DNA of 64,000 bases from contig CAVSGX010000004.1 of assembly GCA_963727715.1 (NCBI GenBank), positions 8,455 to 72,454 on the forward strand, written 5' to 3'. Under the pieces are notes generated by a model that made no database searches, was not told the DNA's origin, and saw only the letters and a list, made by a program, of their open reading frames with translations. The translations under genes were made by a program, and so were the position numbers. Positions 56,088-64,000 of this stretch are shown in pieces. Origin of the DNA: an uncultured bacterium (GTDB lineage: Bacteria; Patescibacteriota; Minisyncoccia; Phycocordibacterales; DATDWN01). The number at the start of each line of letters is the position of its first letter. Position 1 is the stretch's first letter.

Positions 56088-56197
56088 CCCAGCTCCAGTT
56101 GCGCAAGATGAACGAACTCGGTTAAGACCGAATACGGACATCGATGTTTGCACAGAGAGACATCTACTTATGATGTTCTTGTGCAACTGGAGCTGGG
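56088..56197 (-). other. Expanded helix-40 hairpin of 16S (about 110 nt)
   Basis: cccagctccagttgcgcaaga (56088-56108) pairs with tcttgtgcaactggagctggg (56177-56197). This replaces the short CCAGU-GAUA-AACUGG helix of E. coli. Confidence 0.65.
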
Positions 56198-56425
56198 CAG
56201 TCTCGCCTGATACTTATAACAGACAACGAGGGTTGCGTTCGTTACCCCACTTAAGGGAACAATTCAAATCACGAACTGACGACGACCATGCATCACCTGC
56301 CTAACTGTCCTTGTGGGACCGCAAACGTTTCTGCTTGCATTCAGTTAGGTTTCAAACCTTGGTAAGATTCTTCGTTTATCATCGAATTAAACCACATAAT
56401 CCACTGCTTGTGCAAGTCCCCGTCT

Positions 56426-56457
<32 letters not shown>

Positions 56458-56641
56458 ACCCAGGCGCTTGACTTAACGCGTTAGCTACGCCACGCAGAGG
56501 GTCGATACTCCGCATAGCTAGTCAAGATCGTTTAGGGCGTGGACTACTGGGGTCTTAATGTTACTTCAAAATTTTGGGAAATTTTGAGGCACAACATTTC
56601 TGTTGTACTCTGCATGTTGCCATGCAGTTCGGACTATATCT

Positions 56642-57403
56642 TTATCTGTATGTATTCCACTTAGCTTTTTTCTTTTCATATTCTGCTATTATGACAGATT
56701 CTGAAAAATTACTAAGAGAAACCATTTCAGATATCCAGCGTTCTTGAAATTGAGAGTTTTTATATAGAAGAATTGCTTTGGATAACATGCTCGATACTGG
56801 TATGTATGGCAGTATGATACGCAAGAATTTTTTTAATTCTTCTTGTGACCTAATCCATAACCGCCAGTATTGTTCTTGCTTCCCATCTTGCTTACGCCCG
56901 ACGGGGGCAACAATGGCACGAACATCCCAAACAACTTTAAGATAGCGAGCTAGCATTTCGACTGATTGTTTTGAAAAACCATCAGTACAAAACACACCTT
57001 TTCTGGCGCCGTAACCAATAAGCGAACCGTCATCACACCACCAAACGGCGAGTGATAACGCTGTCATTTGATTAAGCCACCTACGCTCTATAAGCAATTT
57101 ATTTTGTTTGTGAGTTAAATGATGAAGTTCTGTAAGAGATGAAGTTCGCCTACTGGCAAATCTCCATTTTTTGTTCTTACTGTATCCATCAGGTTCCTGC
57201 ACAAACACACTGCTATCTCCTGCTATCTCTTTGAGAGCTTGCGCTTTCCATAAGAGATAATCTTTCTGCATTTCCGAATGACGAATTTGTAAATTCGCAT
57301 TGAAATAATTTTTTTGGATTTTTAGCGAGCCGTCTCCAAGGATTGAACCGAAGATAATAGCTTTCGCTTCATCCGACAAAGGCACATATTTCGTATCATG
57401 CAT
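56642..57403 (-). CDS. LAGLIDADG homing endonuclease (double-motif)
   Basis: 253 aa. IIFGSILGDGSL and LAVWWCDDGSL motifs. Confidence 0.85.
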   Translation of the reverse strand: MHDTKYVPLSDEAKAIIFGSILGDGSLKIQKNYFNANLQIRHSEMQKDYLLWKAQALKEIAGDSSVFVQEPDGYSKNKKWRFASRRTSSLTELHHLTHKQNKLLIERRWLNQMTALSLAVWWCDDGSLIGYGARKGVFCTDGFSKQSVEMLARYLKVVWDVRAIVAPVGRKQDGKQEQYWRLWIRSQEELKKFLRIILPYIPVSSMLSKAILLYKNSQFQERWISEMVSLSNFSESVIIAEYEKKKAKWNTYR

Positions 57404-57509
57404 ATAATTTTAAGTTAATTGCACGACGACAGAATAGCACCAACTATCTTACTCAATTTCATAGTCTCTACGGGGTTTCTAGCACTAATTTTTGGAGTCA
57501 AGCTTTGAC

Positions 57510-57538
57510 TTGACAAGATTCATTTTATGATTTAACAT
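57510..57538 (+). promoter_or_regulatory. Promoter-like signal in E2
   Basis: TTGACA (57510-57515), 17 nt, TAACAT (57533-57538). The -35 box overlaps the hairpin gtcaag..cttgac. Confidence 0.4.
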
Positions 57539-57559
57539 CAATTCCAGGAGATTAACTCG

Positions 57560-57679
57560 ATGGAATTTATTATGATATTGATCTGTTTAGGAGTTTTTTG
57601 TTTGATCACAGATATGATGATAACTGTTGCTATTGATATCTGTGAATGGATCGATCATTACCTGCACCGGCTTTTATAG
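57560..57679 (+). CDS. 39-aa hydrophobic peptide (type-I-toxin-like), candidate
   Basis: AGGAG (57546-57550), 9 nt, then ATG. MEFIMILICLGVFCLITDMMITVAIDICEWIDHYLHRLL, TAG stop. Confidence 0.4.
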   Translation: MEFIMILICLGVFCLITDMMITVAIDICEWIDHYLHRLL

Positions 57680-57697
57680 CGGTGCAGTTTTCTTTTT
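57662..57697 (+). terminator. Intrinsic terminator of the E2 cassette
   Basis: ctgcaccg..cggtgcag stem overlapping the stop codon, then ttttcttttt. Confidence 0.55.
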
Positions 57698-58616
57698 CCA
57701 AAAATTAGTGCTAGAAACTTCCCTCGGGGTTGTCCATACGAAATCAGTAAATTTCATATTGTATGGAGTTTCCCCGATATAGCTAGATTACAATTCTATG
57801 TCACCATAGAAAAGAGACACCTTCGTCCTATATTTTATTAGCGGGACTGGATTATCTAATCCCATTCGCTACCCACGCTTTCGTGTTTCAGTGTCAGGAG
57901 TGGCCCAATGTGCTGCCTTCGCTTTCGGTGTTCCCCATGATATCAACGGATTTCACCCCTACTCCATGAGTTCCACACATCCCTGCCATCCTCTAGTCGT
58001 GCCGTTTCGCTCGCACTTCCGGGGTTAAGCCCCGGGTTTTAACAAGCGACTAACACAACCACCTACACACCCTTTACGCCCAATAATTCCGGATAACGCT
58101 CGGGGCACTCGTATTACCGCTGCTGCTGGCACGAGTTTAGCAACCCCTTATTCTTGAGGTACTATCAATAAACTTTCTCCCTCACAAAAGATGTTTACGA
58201 CCCAGAGGGTCTTCATCCATCACGCGGCGTCGCTCGATCAGGCTTTCGCCCATTGTCGAATATTCTCGGCTGCTGCCACCCGTAGGTGTATGGACCGTCT
58301 CTCAGTTCCATCGGTGGGGGCCAAGCTCTCACTCCCCCTACGCGTCATAGCCTTGGTAGGCCGTTACCCTACCAACTAGCTGATACGACGCAGACTTTTC
58401 CTTTAGCGATAAATCTTTCCTCCGAAGAGAATATCAAGTATTACCTAATCTTTCGACTAGCTATTCCTGACTAAAGGGTAAATCTCTGCGCATTATTACC
58501 TCGTTCGCCACTGTCCTTGCGGACCGTTTGACTTGCATGCCTTATCCACGCCGCCAGCGTTCATCCTGAGCTAGGATCAAACTCTTAATAAAGATTTATT
58601 AAGATCTATCTTTTAA

Positions 58617-58636
58617 GAACGGAACAAAATAAAGGA
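58617..58636 (-). promoter_or_regulatory. 5' strand of the 16S precursor processing stem
   Basis: gaacggaacaaaataaagga is complementary to 54868-54887. Confidence 0.7.
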
Positions 58637-58831
58637 AAATACTTTTGGTATCGCGATTATTTTATTTTTCTTTGATGAACACTGATTGTGTTTTTGGTTG
58701 ATTGTTATTGATGTTGTGAATTTTGCTGAATTCACTTTCCGGAATTATTTTAAAAGAATATTTTGCATCCGACTGTTTTTGACAAAACAGCCGAACTGTA
58801 AAACTTGCACGTTTTACATTCTCTAAATAAA

Positions 58832-58872
58832 GCCGACGTTTTCAGTCGGCTCCCCGACCTAATGCGTCGGGG
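58832..58872 (+). repeat. Double-hairpin repeat, copy C (5' of 16S)
   Basis: gccgac gttttca gtcggc tccccgac ctaatgc gtcgggg. Confidence 0.7.
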
Positions 58873-58971
58873 TTCATTTTGATTGTCAACGAACTATCCA
58901 GTAAAGAAAATGCCTTTTGAGGCACCTAGATAGTATAGCCACGCCAAAGAAAAAGTCAAGTCAATCAGCGG

Positions 58972-59307
58972 TCAATTTTGCAAAAAAGAAACCTGGGAGG
59001 ATGACCCAGGTTTTGTTTGCCTTTTCCCTTGTTCTTTCAGCAAAGGCTTAATCTTTTTAGGAACTTCTTTTATTTTATTTTTTGCTTTTCTTACATCTTT
59101 TATATCTCCTTTATTCTGCAAACAACCAGAATAAAAATAAAAGAGATTGTCTTCAATGAGCAACGTCTGAGAAATTATTCCATCAAAATTTCCTTTGGCC
59201 ATGGCCTTTTCAAGATCAGCGATCGACTGTTTCAAATTGTGATTGCTTTGACAAAAACAAAAAATAGAAAAGGCAAAAAACAGAACAATGAGTTTTGTTA
59301 GCTTCAT
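58972..59307 (-). CDS. Small secreted/lipoprotein-like hypothetical protein
   Basis: 111 aa. N-terminal signal-like MKLTKLIVLFFAFSIFCFC. Confidence 0.45.
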   Translation of the reverse strand: MKLTKLIVLFFAFSIFCFCQSNHNLKQSIADLEKAMAKGNFDGIISQTLLIEDNLFYFYSGCLQNKGDIKDVRKAKNKIKEVPKKIKPLLKEQGKRQTKPGSSSQVSFLQN

Positions 59308-59364
59308 CGTTCGATCTCCACCAATAATATTACACCAAAACAGATTTTTGTAAAGTTGAGAAAA

Positions 59365-60267
59365 TTACTTCTTTTGCAATTTTTCCAATGTCACTAGAAG
59401 TGGCGAGGCAATGAAAATTGACGAGTATGTGCCGGCGATGATGCCGATGATGAGGGTCAGAGCGAAATCGCGAGTGGTTTGTCCGCCGATGAGGTACAAC
59501 GCCAGAAGAGCCAGAAAAATTGTCAGAGATGTGTTGATGGAACGACCAAATGTTTCGGAAACGGATTTGCCGACAGTTTCGGTGAATGTCTCTTTGGTTT
59601 TTGTTGTTTGATTGACGCGCAGATGTTCGCGGACACGATCAAAAACGACGATGGTGTCGTGAACCGAATAACCGAGAATGGCCAGAAGTGCCGTGACAAA
59701 AAGCAAGTCAATTTCTCCACCGTGAAAATGGGTGTAAGCCACATAAAATCCAGCCGGCAAGAGCACGTCGTGAGCCAAGGCGACGATAGTGGCAAAACCG
59801 TATTTCCACGATGAGACCGGGTAGGAAACCTTGCGGAAAGCAAAAGTGATGAACAGAACGATACAGATGATGACCATCAAAATGGCGTACATGGCTTTGC
59901 TTTTCATTTCATTGCCGACAGACGGGCCTATTGTGTTGGAGAGTTGTTCTACAGCAGGATTGTTTTGATCAACAGTGAAAGCCGAAAGAACCGCGGTGTT
60001 TTCAGGTTGCGACAGCTCGCGCGATTTTAAAATAAAACTATCCGCGCCGGATGGTGTTAAAACATATTCACCGAGATTTAATTTATCCAAATTAGCTTTG
60101 ACGGGAGCCAGTTCTGGTCGTGCCGACTGATAGTTAACTTCAGTGATTGATCCTCCTTTGAAATCAATGCCAAGATTAAAACCGAAAGCGAAAAAAGAAC
60201 AAATCGCGGCCAGAACCAGAATAGCTGACAAAGTGAAAAATATTTTTCTGTGGTTTACGATAAACAT
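59365..60267 (-). CDS. secF: Protein translocase subunit SecF
   Basis: 300 aa. GIDFKGGS, six TM segments, and the HDTIVVFDRVRE motif. Confidence 0.92.
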   Translation of the reverse strand: MFIVNHRKIFFTLSAILVLAAICSFFAFGFNLGIDFKGGSITEVNYQSARPELAPVKANLDKLNLGEYVLTPSGADSFILKSRELSQPENTAVLSAFTVDQNNPAVEQLSNTIGPSVGNEMKSKAMYAILMVIICIVLFITFAFRKVSYPVSSWKYGFATIVALAHDVLLPAGFYVAYTHFHGGEIDLLFVTALLAILGYSVHDTIVVFDRVREHLRVNQTTKTKETFTETVGKSVSETFGRSINTSLTIFLALLALYLIGGQTTRDFALTLIIGIIAGTYSSIFIASPLLVTLEKLQKK

Positions 60268-60275
60268 AAAGGTTT

Positions 60276-61619
60276 TTAAAAATGAAGACCGTTGCTAAAA
60301 AGAAATTTCTTAAATCGACTTTGGGTTTTCGGCGCGATGGCGAAAAGGAATGTGCGCGAAACAGAAATAGCGGTGAACATTGAGACGAGCACACCAAGAC
60401 CGAGTGTCAGAGCGAAACCTTTGATGGCGCTTGTGCCGAGCCAGAAAAGAACGACAGCCGTGATGATTGAGGAAATGTTCGAGTCGCGGATGGAAAGCCA
60501 GGCTCGAGTGAATCCTTCGTGCAAAGCTTCGTAAATGGTTTTACCTCTTTTCAATTCTTCTTTCATTCTTTCAAAAATCAAAATGTTGGCGTCCACAGCC
60601 ATACCGATGGACAGAATAAACCCGGCGATGCCGGCCGCGGAAAGCGTCACCGGAATCAATTTGAAAACAGAGAGAGACAAAACAATGTACATTGAAAGTG
60701 AAATGGAAGCCAAAAGTCCCGGCAAGCGATACCAAAGGATTAGGAAAATAACGATGAGCAGAAAGCCGATAGCCCCGGCTTTAACACCTTGCGTCTTGGC
60801 ATCCTGGCCGAGCGACGCGCCGATGGTTTGGTTTGAAACCAGAGTGATCGGTACAGGCAGAGCGCCGTAATTTAGATTTTGCACCAGCGATTTGGCATCT
60901 GCGGCAGTAAATTTACCGGAAATGACCGCCTGTCCATTTGTAATGGCATCTTGAATGACCGGGGCGGAAATAATTTGACCATCCAGTACAATGGCTAAAA
61001 TTTCACCTTTGTGCTGCGTGGTGATTTTAGAAAATAGAGTGGTGCCTTGATCATTGAAATTTAGAGCGACAAGCGGTTGGCCGGCAATCTGCCCACTACC
61101 GGTAGTGGTAAACTGCAAAGAAGCGTTGCTCAAATATTGCCCAGTCAACCCGGTTGATTCATAGACTTGATCAAGTGTCGCTGTCTTGAGTTGATCGGCT
61201 GTAAAGTTTTTGGCCTCTGGCCGTTGTAACATAAATTCAAGTTGCGGAGTTTGGCCGATCATGGCGATGGCCTGATCGATTCTTGTCACGCCCGGCAAGT
61301 CCACGATCAAACGATAATCTTTTTGTCCGGAAACCAATCCAGCTTCTTCTGTTTGCACCACCGGCTCCGAGACGCCAAAAATGTTTACTCGTCTTTCAAT
61401 GACAGAGCGTAGAGAATCCATAGCTGCCGAAATATCTCCGCCAATAACTTTGGAAACATCGGCACGGTATGTCAGCTCGGTTCCACCGTTTAGGTCCAGA
61501 CCAAGCTTGAATGCATATTGCTGAAAATGTCCGCCGACTTTTTGCGATTGGTAAACAAAGTAGCCGAGAAAGACAAGGACAACTAGTAAAAGCAGTGACA
61601 GAAATCTATGTTTGGTCAT
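60276..61619 (-). CDS. secD: Protein translocase subunit SecD
   Basis: 447 aa. LGLDLNGG, periplasmic domain, then GIAGFILSIGMAVDANILIFERMKEE. Confidence 0.92.
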   Translation of the reverse strand: MTKHRFLSLLLLVVLVFLGYFVYQSQKVGGHFQQYAFKLGLDLNGGTELTYRADVSKVIGGDISAAMDSLRSVIERRVNIFGVSEPVVQTEEAGLVSGQKDYRLIVDLPGVTRIDQAIAMIGQTPQLEFMLQRPEAKNFTADQLKTATLDQVYESTGLTGQYLSNASLQFTTTGSGQIAGQPLVALNFNDQGTTLFSKITTQHKGEILAIVLDGQIISAPVIQDAITNGQAVISGKFTAADAKSLVQNLNYGALPVPITLVSNQTIGASLGQDAKTQGVKAGAIGFLLIVIFLILWYRLPGLLASISLSMYIVLSLSVFKLIPVTLSAAGIAGFILSIGMAVDANILIFERMKEELKRGKTIYEALHEGFTRAWLSIRDSNISSIITAVVLFWLGTSAIKGFALTLGLGVLVSMFTAISVSRTFLFAIAPKTQSRFKKFLFSNGLHF

Positions 61620-61673
61620 ATGGCGTATAGTATAGCGATTTCGGAAGAAAAGACAAGTGAAGATTTCGAGGGC

Positions 61674-61843
61674 ACAAATCCGACTGGCATAATAAATTTT
61701 TGGAGATGTAAACTTTTCCAGCGAAAAGTTTACTCGGTCCTCGGCTCGGATTTGTCAAGAGCCTTCGCTTTGCTCAGGTCATTGACAAAACCAGCTCCTC
61801 GCCTGCGTATGCTCCAAAAATTTATTATGCCAGTCGGATTTGT
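61674..61843. repeat. TIR-bounded intergenic element (family B, copy E3)
   Basis: Perfect 32-bp terminal inverted repeats: acaaatccgactggcataataaatttttggag (61674-61705) and its reverse complement (61812-61843). The core has the hairpin gtaaactttt..aaaagtttac and the motif ccttcgctttgctc. Confidence 0.6.
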
Positions 61844-61928
61844 TCAGTGATGATTTCCCACTTTGCTTTTCTTCCAAAATCTAGTGGGAATGGAAAAAAG
61901 AAAAGCGCCGGTTGCCCGGACACTTTAT

Positions 61929-62231
61929 TTACTGTTGATGATGCCTATTGTGAGACCATTCCCAAACCGCCATGGTGGCGGGCAAGACAGAGAGTGGACC
62001 CAAAAGAAATGAGAGCAGGAGTGATGTTATTTTATAATCCATCATCCAATACTCTCTACCTGTTGGGTAGTTTCCCGCTTTCCTGTCAGCAAAAAACATA
62101 ATACCCCAACTCAACAGAGCCAAAGAAAACAAAACAGAGAGCTTTGTAAAAACATACTTATGATTAATACCAAACACAAACATGTAATTCAAAAACCCTA
62201 AATAGAACCAAAGGATTGCCTTTGTGAGCAT
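61929..62231 (-). CDS. Small membrane protein, hypothetical
   Basis: 100 aa, three TM-like segments. Confidence 0.4.
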   Translation of the reverse strand: MLTKAILWFYLGFLNYMFVFGINHKYVFTKLSVLFSLALLSWGIMFFADRKAGNYPTGREYWMMDYKITSLLLSFLLGPLSVLPATMAVWEWSHNRHHQQ

Positions 62232-62272
62232 AGAGTCTCCGTTTTATAGGTTATCATTAAAACAAAATTTTG

Positions 62273-63622
62273 TCAAACTCCCCTTCTTGAAACAAGTTCA
62301 CGAATGGTTTTCAAAGCGATTTTGATATCCAACCAGAATGAGCGATTTTTGATGTAGAAAAGATCGTAGGAAAGTTTGGTTTTGGTTTGAATATAATCGG
62401 TGGCAAATTTCGGCGGAGTTTTTTGATAGAGTTGAGCCCAACCGGAAAGCCCCGGCTTGATCAAATGACGAACATTGTAGAAACTGATTTCTTTTTCGTA
62501 GAGTTCCACTAGCTTCGGCAATTCCGGACGCGGGCCGATAAGTGAAATGTCCCCGCGCAAAACGTTCCAGAGTTGGGGCAGTTCATCAATACGCGAGGCG
62601 CGCAGAAATTTCCCAACATGAGTGATTTTTTGCTCCCTGCCGACGCGTCCGTCTCCGGAGTCATCCACGGACATTGTGCGAAATTTTAAAATGCTCACGG
62701 TGTGGTTGTTCTGGCCGACTCGCTCTTGGCGAATGAAAATTTTCCCACCATCATCAAGTTTTATGAGGAACCAAACAAACAGATACAAAACAAGAGAGAT
62801 GACGCCAAGGAAAAAAGAAATAACAACATCCATAATTCTTTTCAAAAAATCGTAAGTAAACTTCGGCGAGACGGAAATATTTTCCAGAAACCAACTGTAT
62901 GTGACGAGTGAAAGTGGGATGCGGTCAAAAATATCTTCGTAGATGCGATGCGAATCAATAAAGCTCACTTTAGAAAAAATCAGATTATAAAGATGGGGCA
63001 AAAGCGGACCGACCCCGCGGTGAGAAAAATCCACCGCCACTATTTTTATGTTGTTCTCGTAAATCGGAGTGATGACTTCGTTTTGGATATCAATGCCGGA
63101 AATATCCGAAACATCCAAAGAAGAAATAAAATTTATGCCATAGCGACTGTTGCCGTTAACTTCTTCCAGAAGTTCTTTCATTTCCTCGCCAGAACCGATG
63201 AGAAGAGCCGGCTCGCGTGTTCTGACGCCCAGAAGTCCGACGCCGTACGTCCTCCACAAGACGCTCAAAACAAAAGAAATAATGAGGTAGATGAAAAGAA
63301 TTGTCTTCGGGGTGATGCCGAAAAACGGAATGATGTAGAAAAAGACAATGGCAAAAATACTGTTGACCACTTGAGCACTCCAAATGATACTCGGCAACTT
63401 GCCTTTCAGAATTAAAGTGTGTTTTTCATAAAGACCGGCGATAAAATAAATCAAAAACCAGATGACAAAAAGAAAAGAGAAAGGCACGAGGTGCGTTTGA
63501 AACCTTTGCCAAGACGGCACTTCGCCAAAACGAATATAAAGGGAAAGCCAAAGAGAAAAGGCAAAGAAAAAGATGTCGCCTAAAAATAGAATTATGGCTT
63601 CTTTTTTACCGAGGCTTTTCAT
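62273..63622 (-). CDS. Polyprenyl-phosphate glycosyl-1-phosphate transferase (bacterial sugar transferase, WbaP-like)
   Basis: 449 aa. N-terminal TM block and a C-terminal catalytic domain (KRIMDVV.., ILKFRTM, DELPQLWNVLRGDISLIGPRP). Confidence 0.88.
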   Translation of the reverse strand: MKSLGKKEAIILFLGDIFFFAFSLWLSLYIRFGEVPSWQRFQTHLVPFSFLFVIWFLIYFIAGLYEKHTLILKGKLPSIIWSAQVVNSIFAIVFFYIIPFFGITPKTILFIYLIISFVLSVLWRTYGVGLLGVRTREPALLIGSGEEMKELLEEVNGNSRYGINFISSLDVSDISGIDIQNEVITPIYENNIKIVAVDFSHRGVGPLLPHLYNLIFSKVSFIDSHRIYEDIFDRIPLSLVTYSWFLENISVSPKFTYDFLKRIMDVVISFFLGVISLVLYLFVWFLIKLDDGGKIFIRQERVGQNNHTVSILKFRTMSVDDSGDGRVGREQKITHVGKFLRASRIDELPQLWNVLRGDISLIGPRPELPKLVELYEKEISFYNVRHLIKPGLSGWAQLYQKTPPKFATDYIQTKTKLSYDLFYIKNRSFWLDIKIALKTIRELVSRRGV

Positions 63623-63658
63623 AGATTATTGACGTATTTTATGCTAAAATCCTGAAAT

Positions 63659-64000
63659 ATGCAAGGGAACGAACAAAAAATCAAGCCAAGAATAAAAGTG
63701 ATGTTCTGTATCACAAAAGGCAAACCGTTTGGCGGCGCTCAAAAATATGTATTCGATTTGGCGGTGAATCTGCCGAAAAATAATTTTGATGTTTCGGTCG
63801 TTCACGGTTTTGGCGATATTTTGGCTACAAAACTTTCGGAATATTCCGTGCCGACTTTTTATATCAAAGATATGGGCCGGGACATAAATTTTTTGAAAGA
63901 TATAAAATCTTTTTTTGATCTACTTTTGATTTTCAGAAAAAATAAACCGGATATCGTTCATCTGAACAGTTCAAAAATCGGTGGCATCGGAGCTTTGGCC
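63659..64000 (+). CDS. GT4-type glycosyltransferase, N-terminal fragment (runs off the window)
   Basis: ATG at 63659, then 114 open codons. KVMFCITKGKPFGGAQKYVFDLAVNL..DIVHLNSSKIGGIGALA. Confidence 0.6.
   Translation, partial: MQGNEQKIKPRIKVMFCITKGKPFGGAQKYVFDLAVNLPKNNFDVSVVHGFGDILATKLSEYSVPTFYIKDMGRDINFLKDIKSFFDLLLIFRKNKPDIVHLNSSKIGGIGALA

Larger units (their letters stand above)
57481..57712 (+). mobile_element. TIR-bounded small-ORF cassette E2 (antisense to the rRNA)
   Basis: agcactaatttttgg (57481-57495) and ccaaaaattagtgct (57698-57712). A perfect 20-bp IR results when the tttct/agaaa flanks are included. Confidence 0.5.
56554..57853 (-). other. 1,300-nt group-I-like intron in 16S after about E. 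coli position U793, carrying a LAGLIDADG ORF
   Basis: The exons ligate to GGATTAGAT|ACCCCAGTAGTCC. The 5' exon ends in U and the intron ends in G (..UUAAG). Confidence 0.7.

Noticed and set aside
61608-61850. Track ORF 61608..61850 (+), 80 aa
   Set aside because: It spans the TIR element E3 including both inverted repeats and has no SD. The palindromic sequence explains the open frame.

Overview
Low-GC, gene-dense bacterial fragment with most genes on the minus strand. Gene content and the rRNA architecture suggest a Candidate Phyla Radiation (Patescibacteria/Parcubacteria-like) genome; that placement is inference only. All coordinates, repeat alignments and frame checks were done by hand. 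Standard code 11 appears to apply.

Layout:
- 1-2654: 3'-truncated giant repeat-rich envelope protein with an HTH-like N-terminus.
- 3.2-10.8 kb: small HTH gene, gatB, obg, a DsbB/thioredoxin pair, secA.
- 10.8-11.7 kb: non-coding stretch with a TIR-bounded element and a candidate ncRNA that has promoter and terminator signals.
- 11.7-36.6 kb: about 25 kb envelope-glycan cluster. It holds an O-antigen-ligase-like/TPR protein, a Wzx-like flippase, gmd plus a DegT aminotransferase, GT2/GT4/GT11/GT-C enzymes, several methyltransferases and GtrA.
- 36.7-38.5 kb: VirD4/TraD-like ATPase.
- 38.6-45.5 kb: a diversity-generating retroelement (DGR). It has one template repeat and three variable repeats showing adenine-specific substitutions. 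Two targets are a 1,056-bp duplicated gene that differs only in the VR. The third is an AAA+ ATPase fusion in an operon with a vWA/HExxH protein. The avd gene is on the opposite strand, the RT is broken by a 38-bp tandem duplication, and an AbiEii-like pair sits between the target paralogs.
- 49.9-51.5 kb: a high-GC two-gene island, followed by a pyruvate kinase lacking the C-domain, an IS30 element and tRNA-Ile.
- 55.0-58.6 kb: a roughly 3.55-kb 16S rRNA gene. It carries a 1.3-kb LAGLIDADG-bearing group-I-like intron (after about U793), a 695-nt insertion (after about A1398) and an expanded h40.
- 59-64 kb: secDF, a sugar transferase and a partial GT4 gene.

Most unusual signal: each of the two large 16S insertions carries, antisense to the rRNA, a TIR-bounded cassette of about 240 bp. 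Each cassette has a promoter-like signal, a Shine-Dalgarno site, a 35- or 39-codon hydrophobic ORF and an intrinsic terminator.
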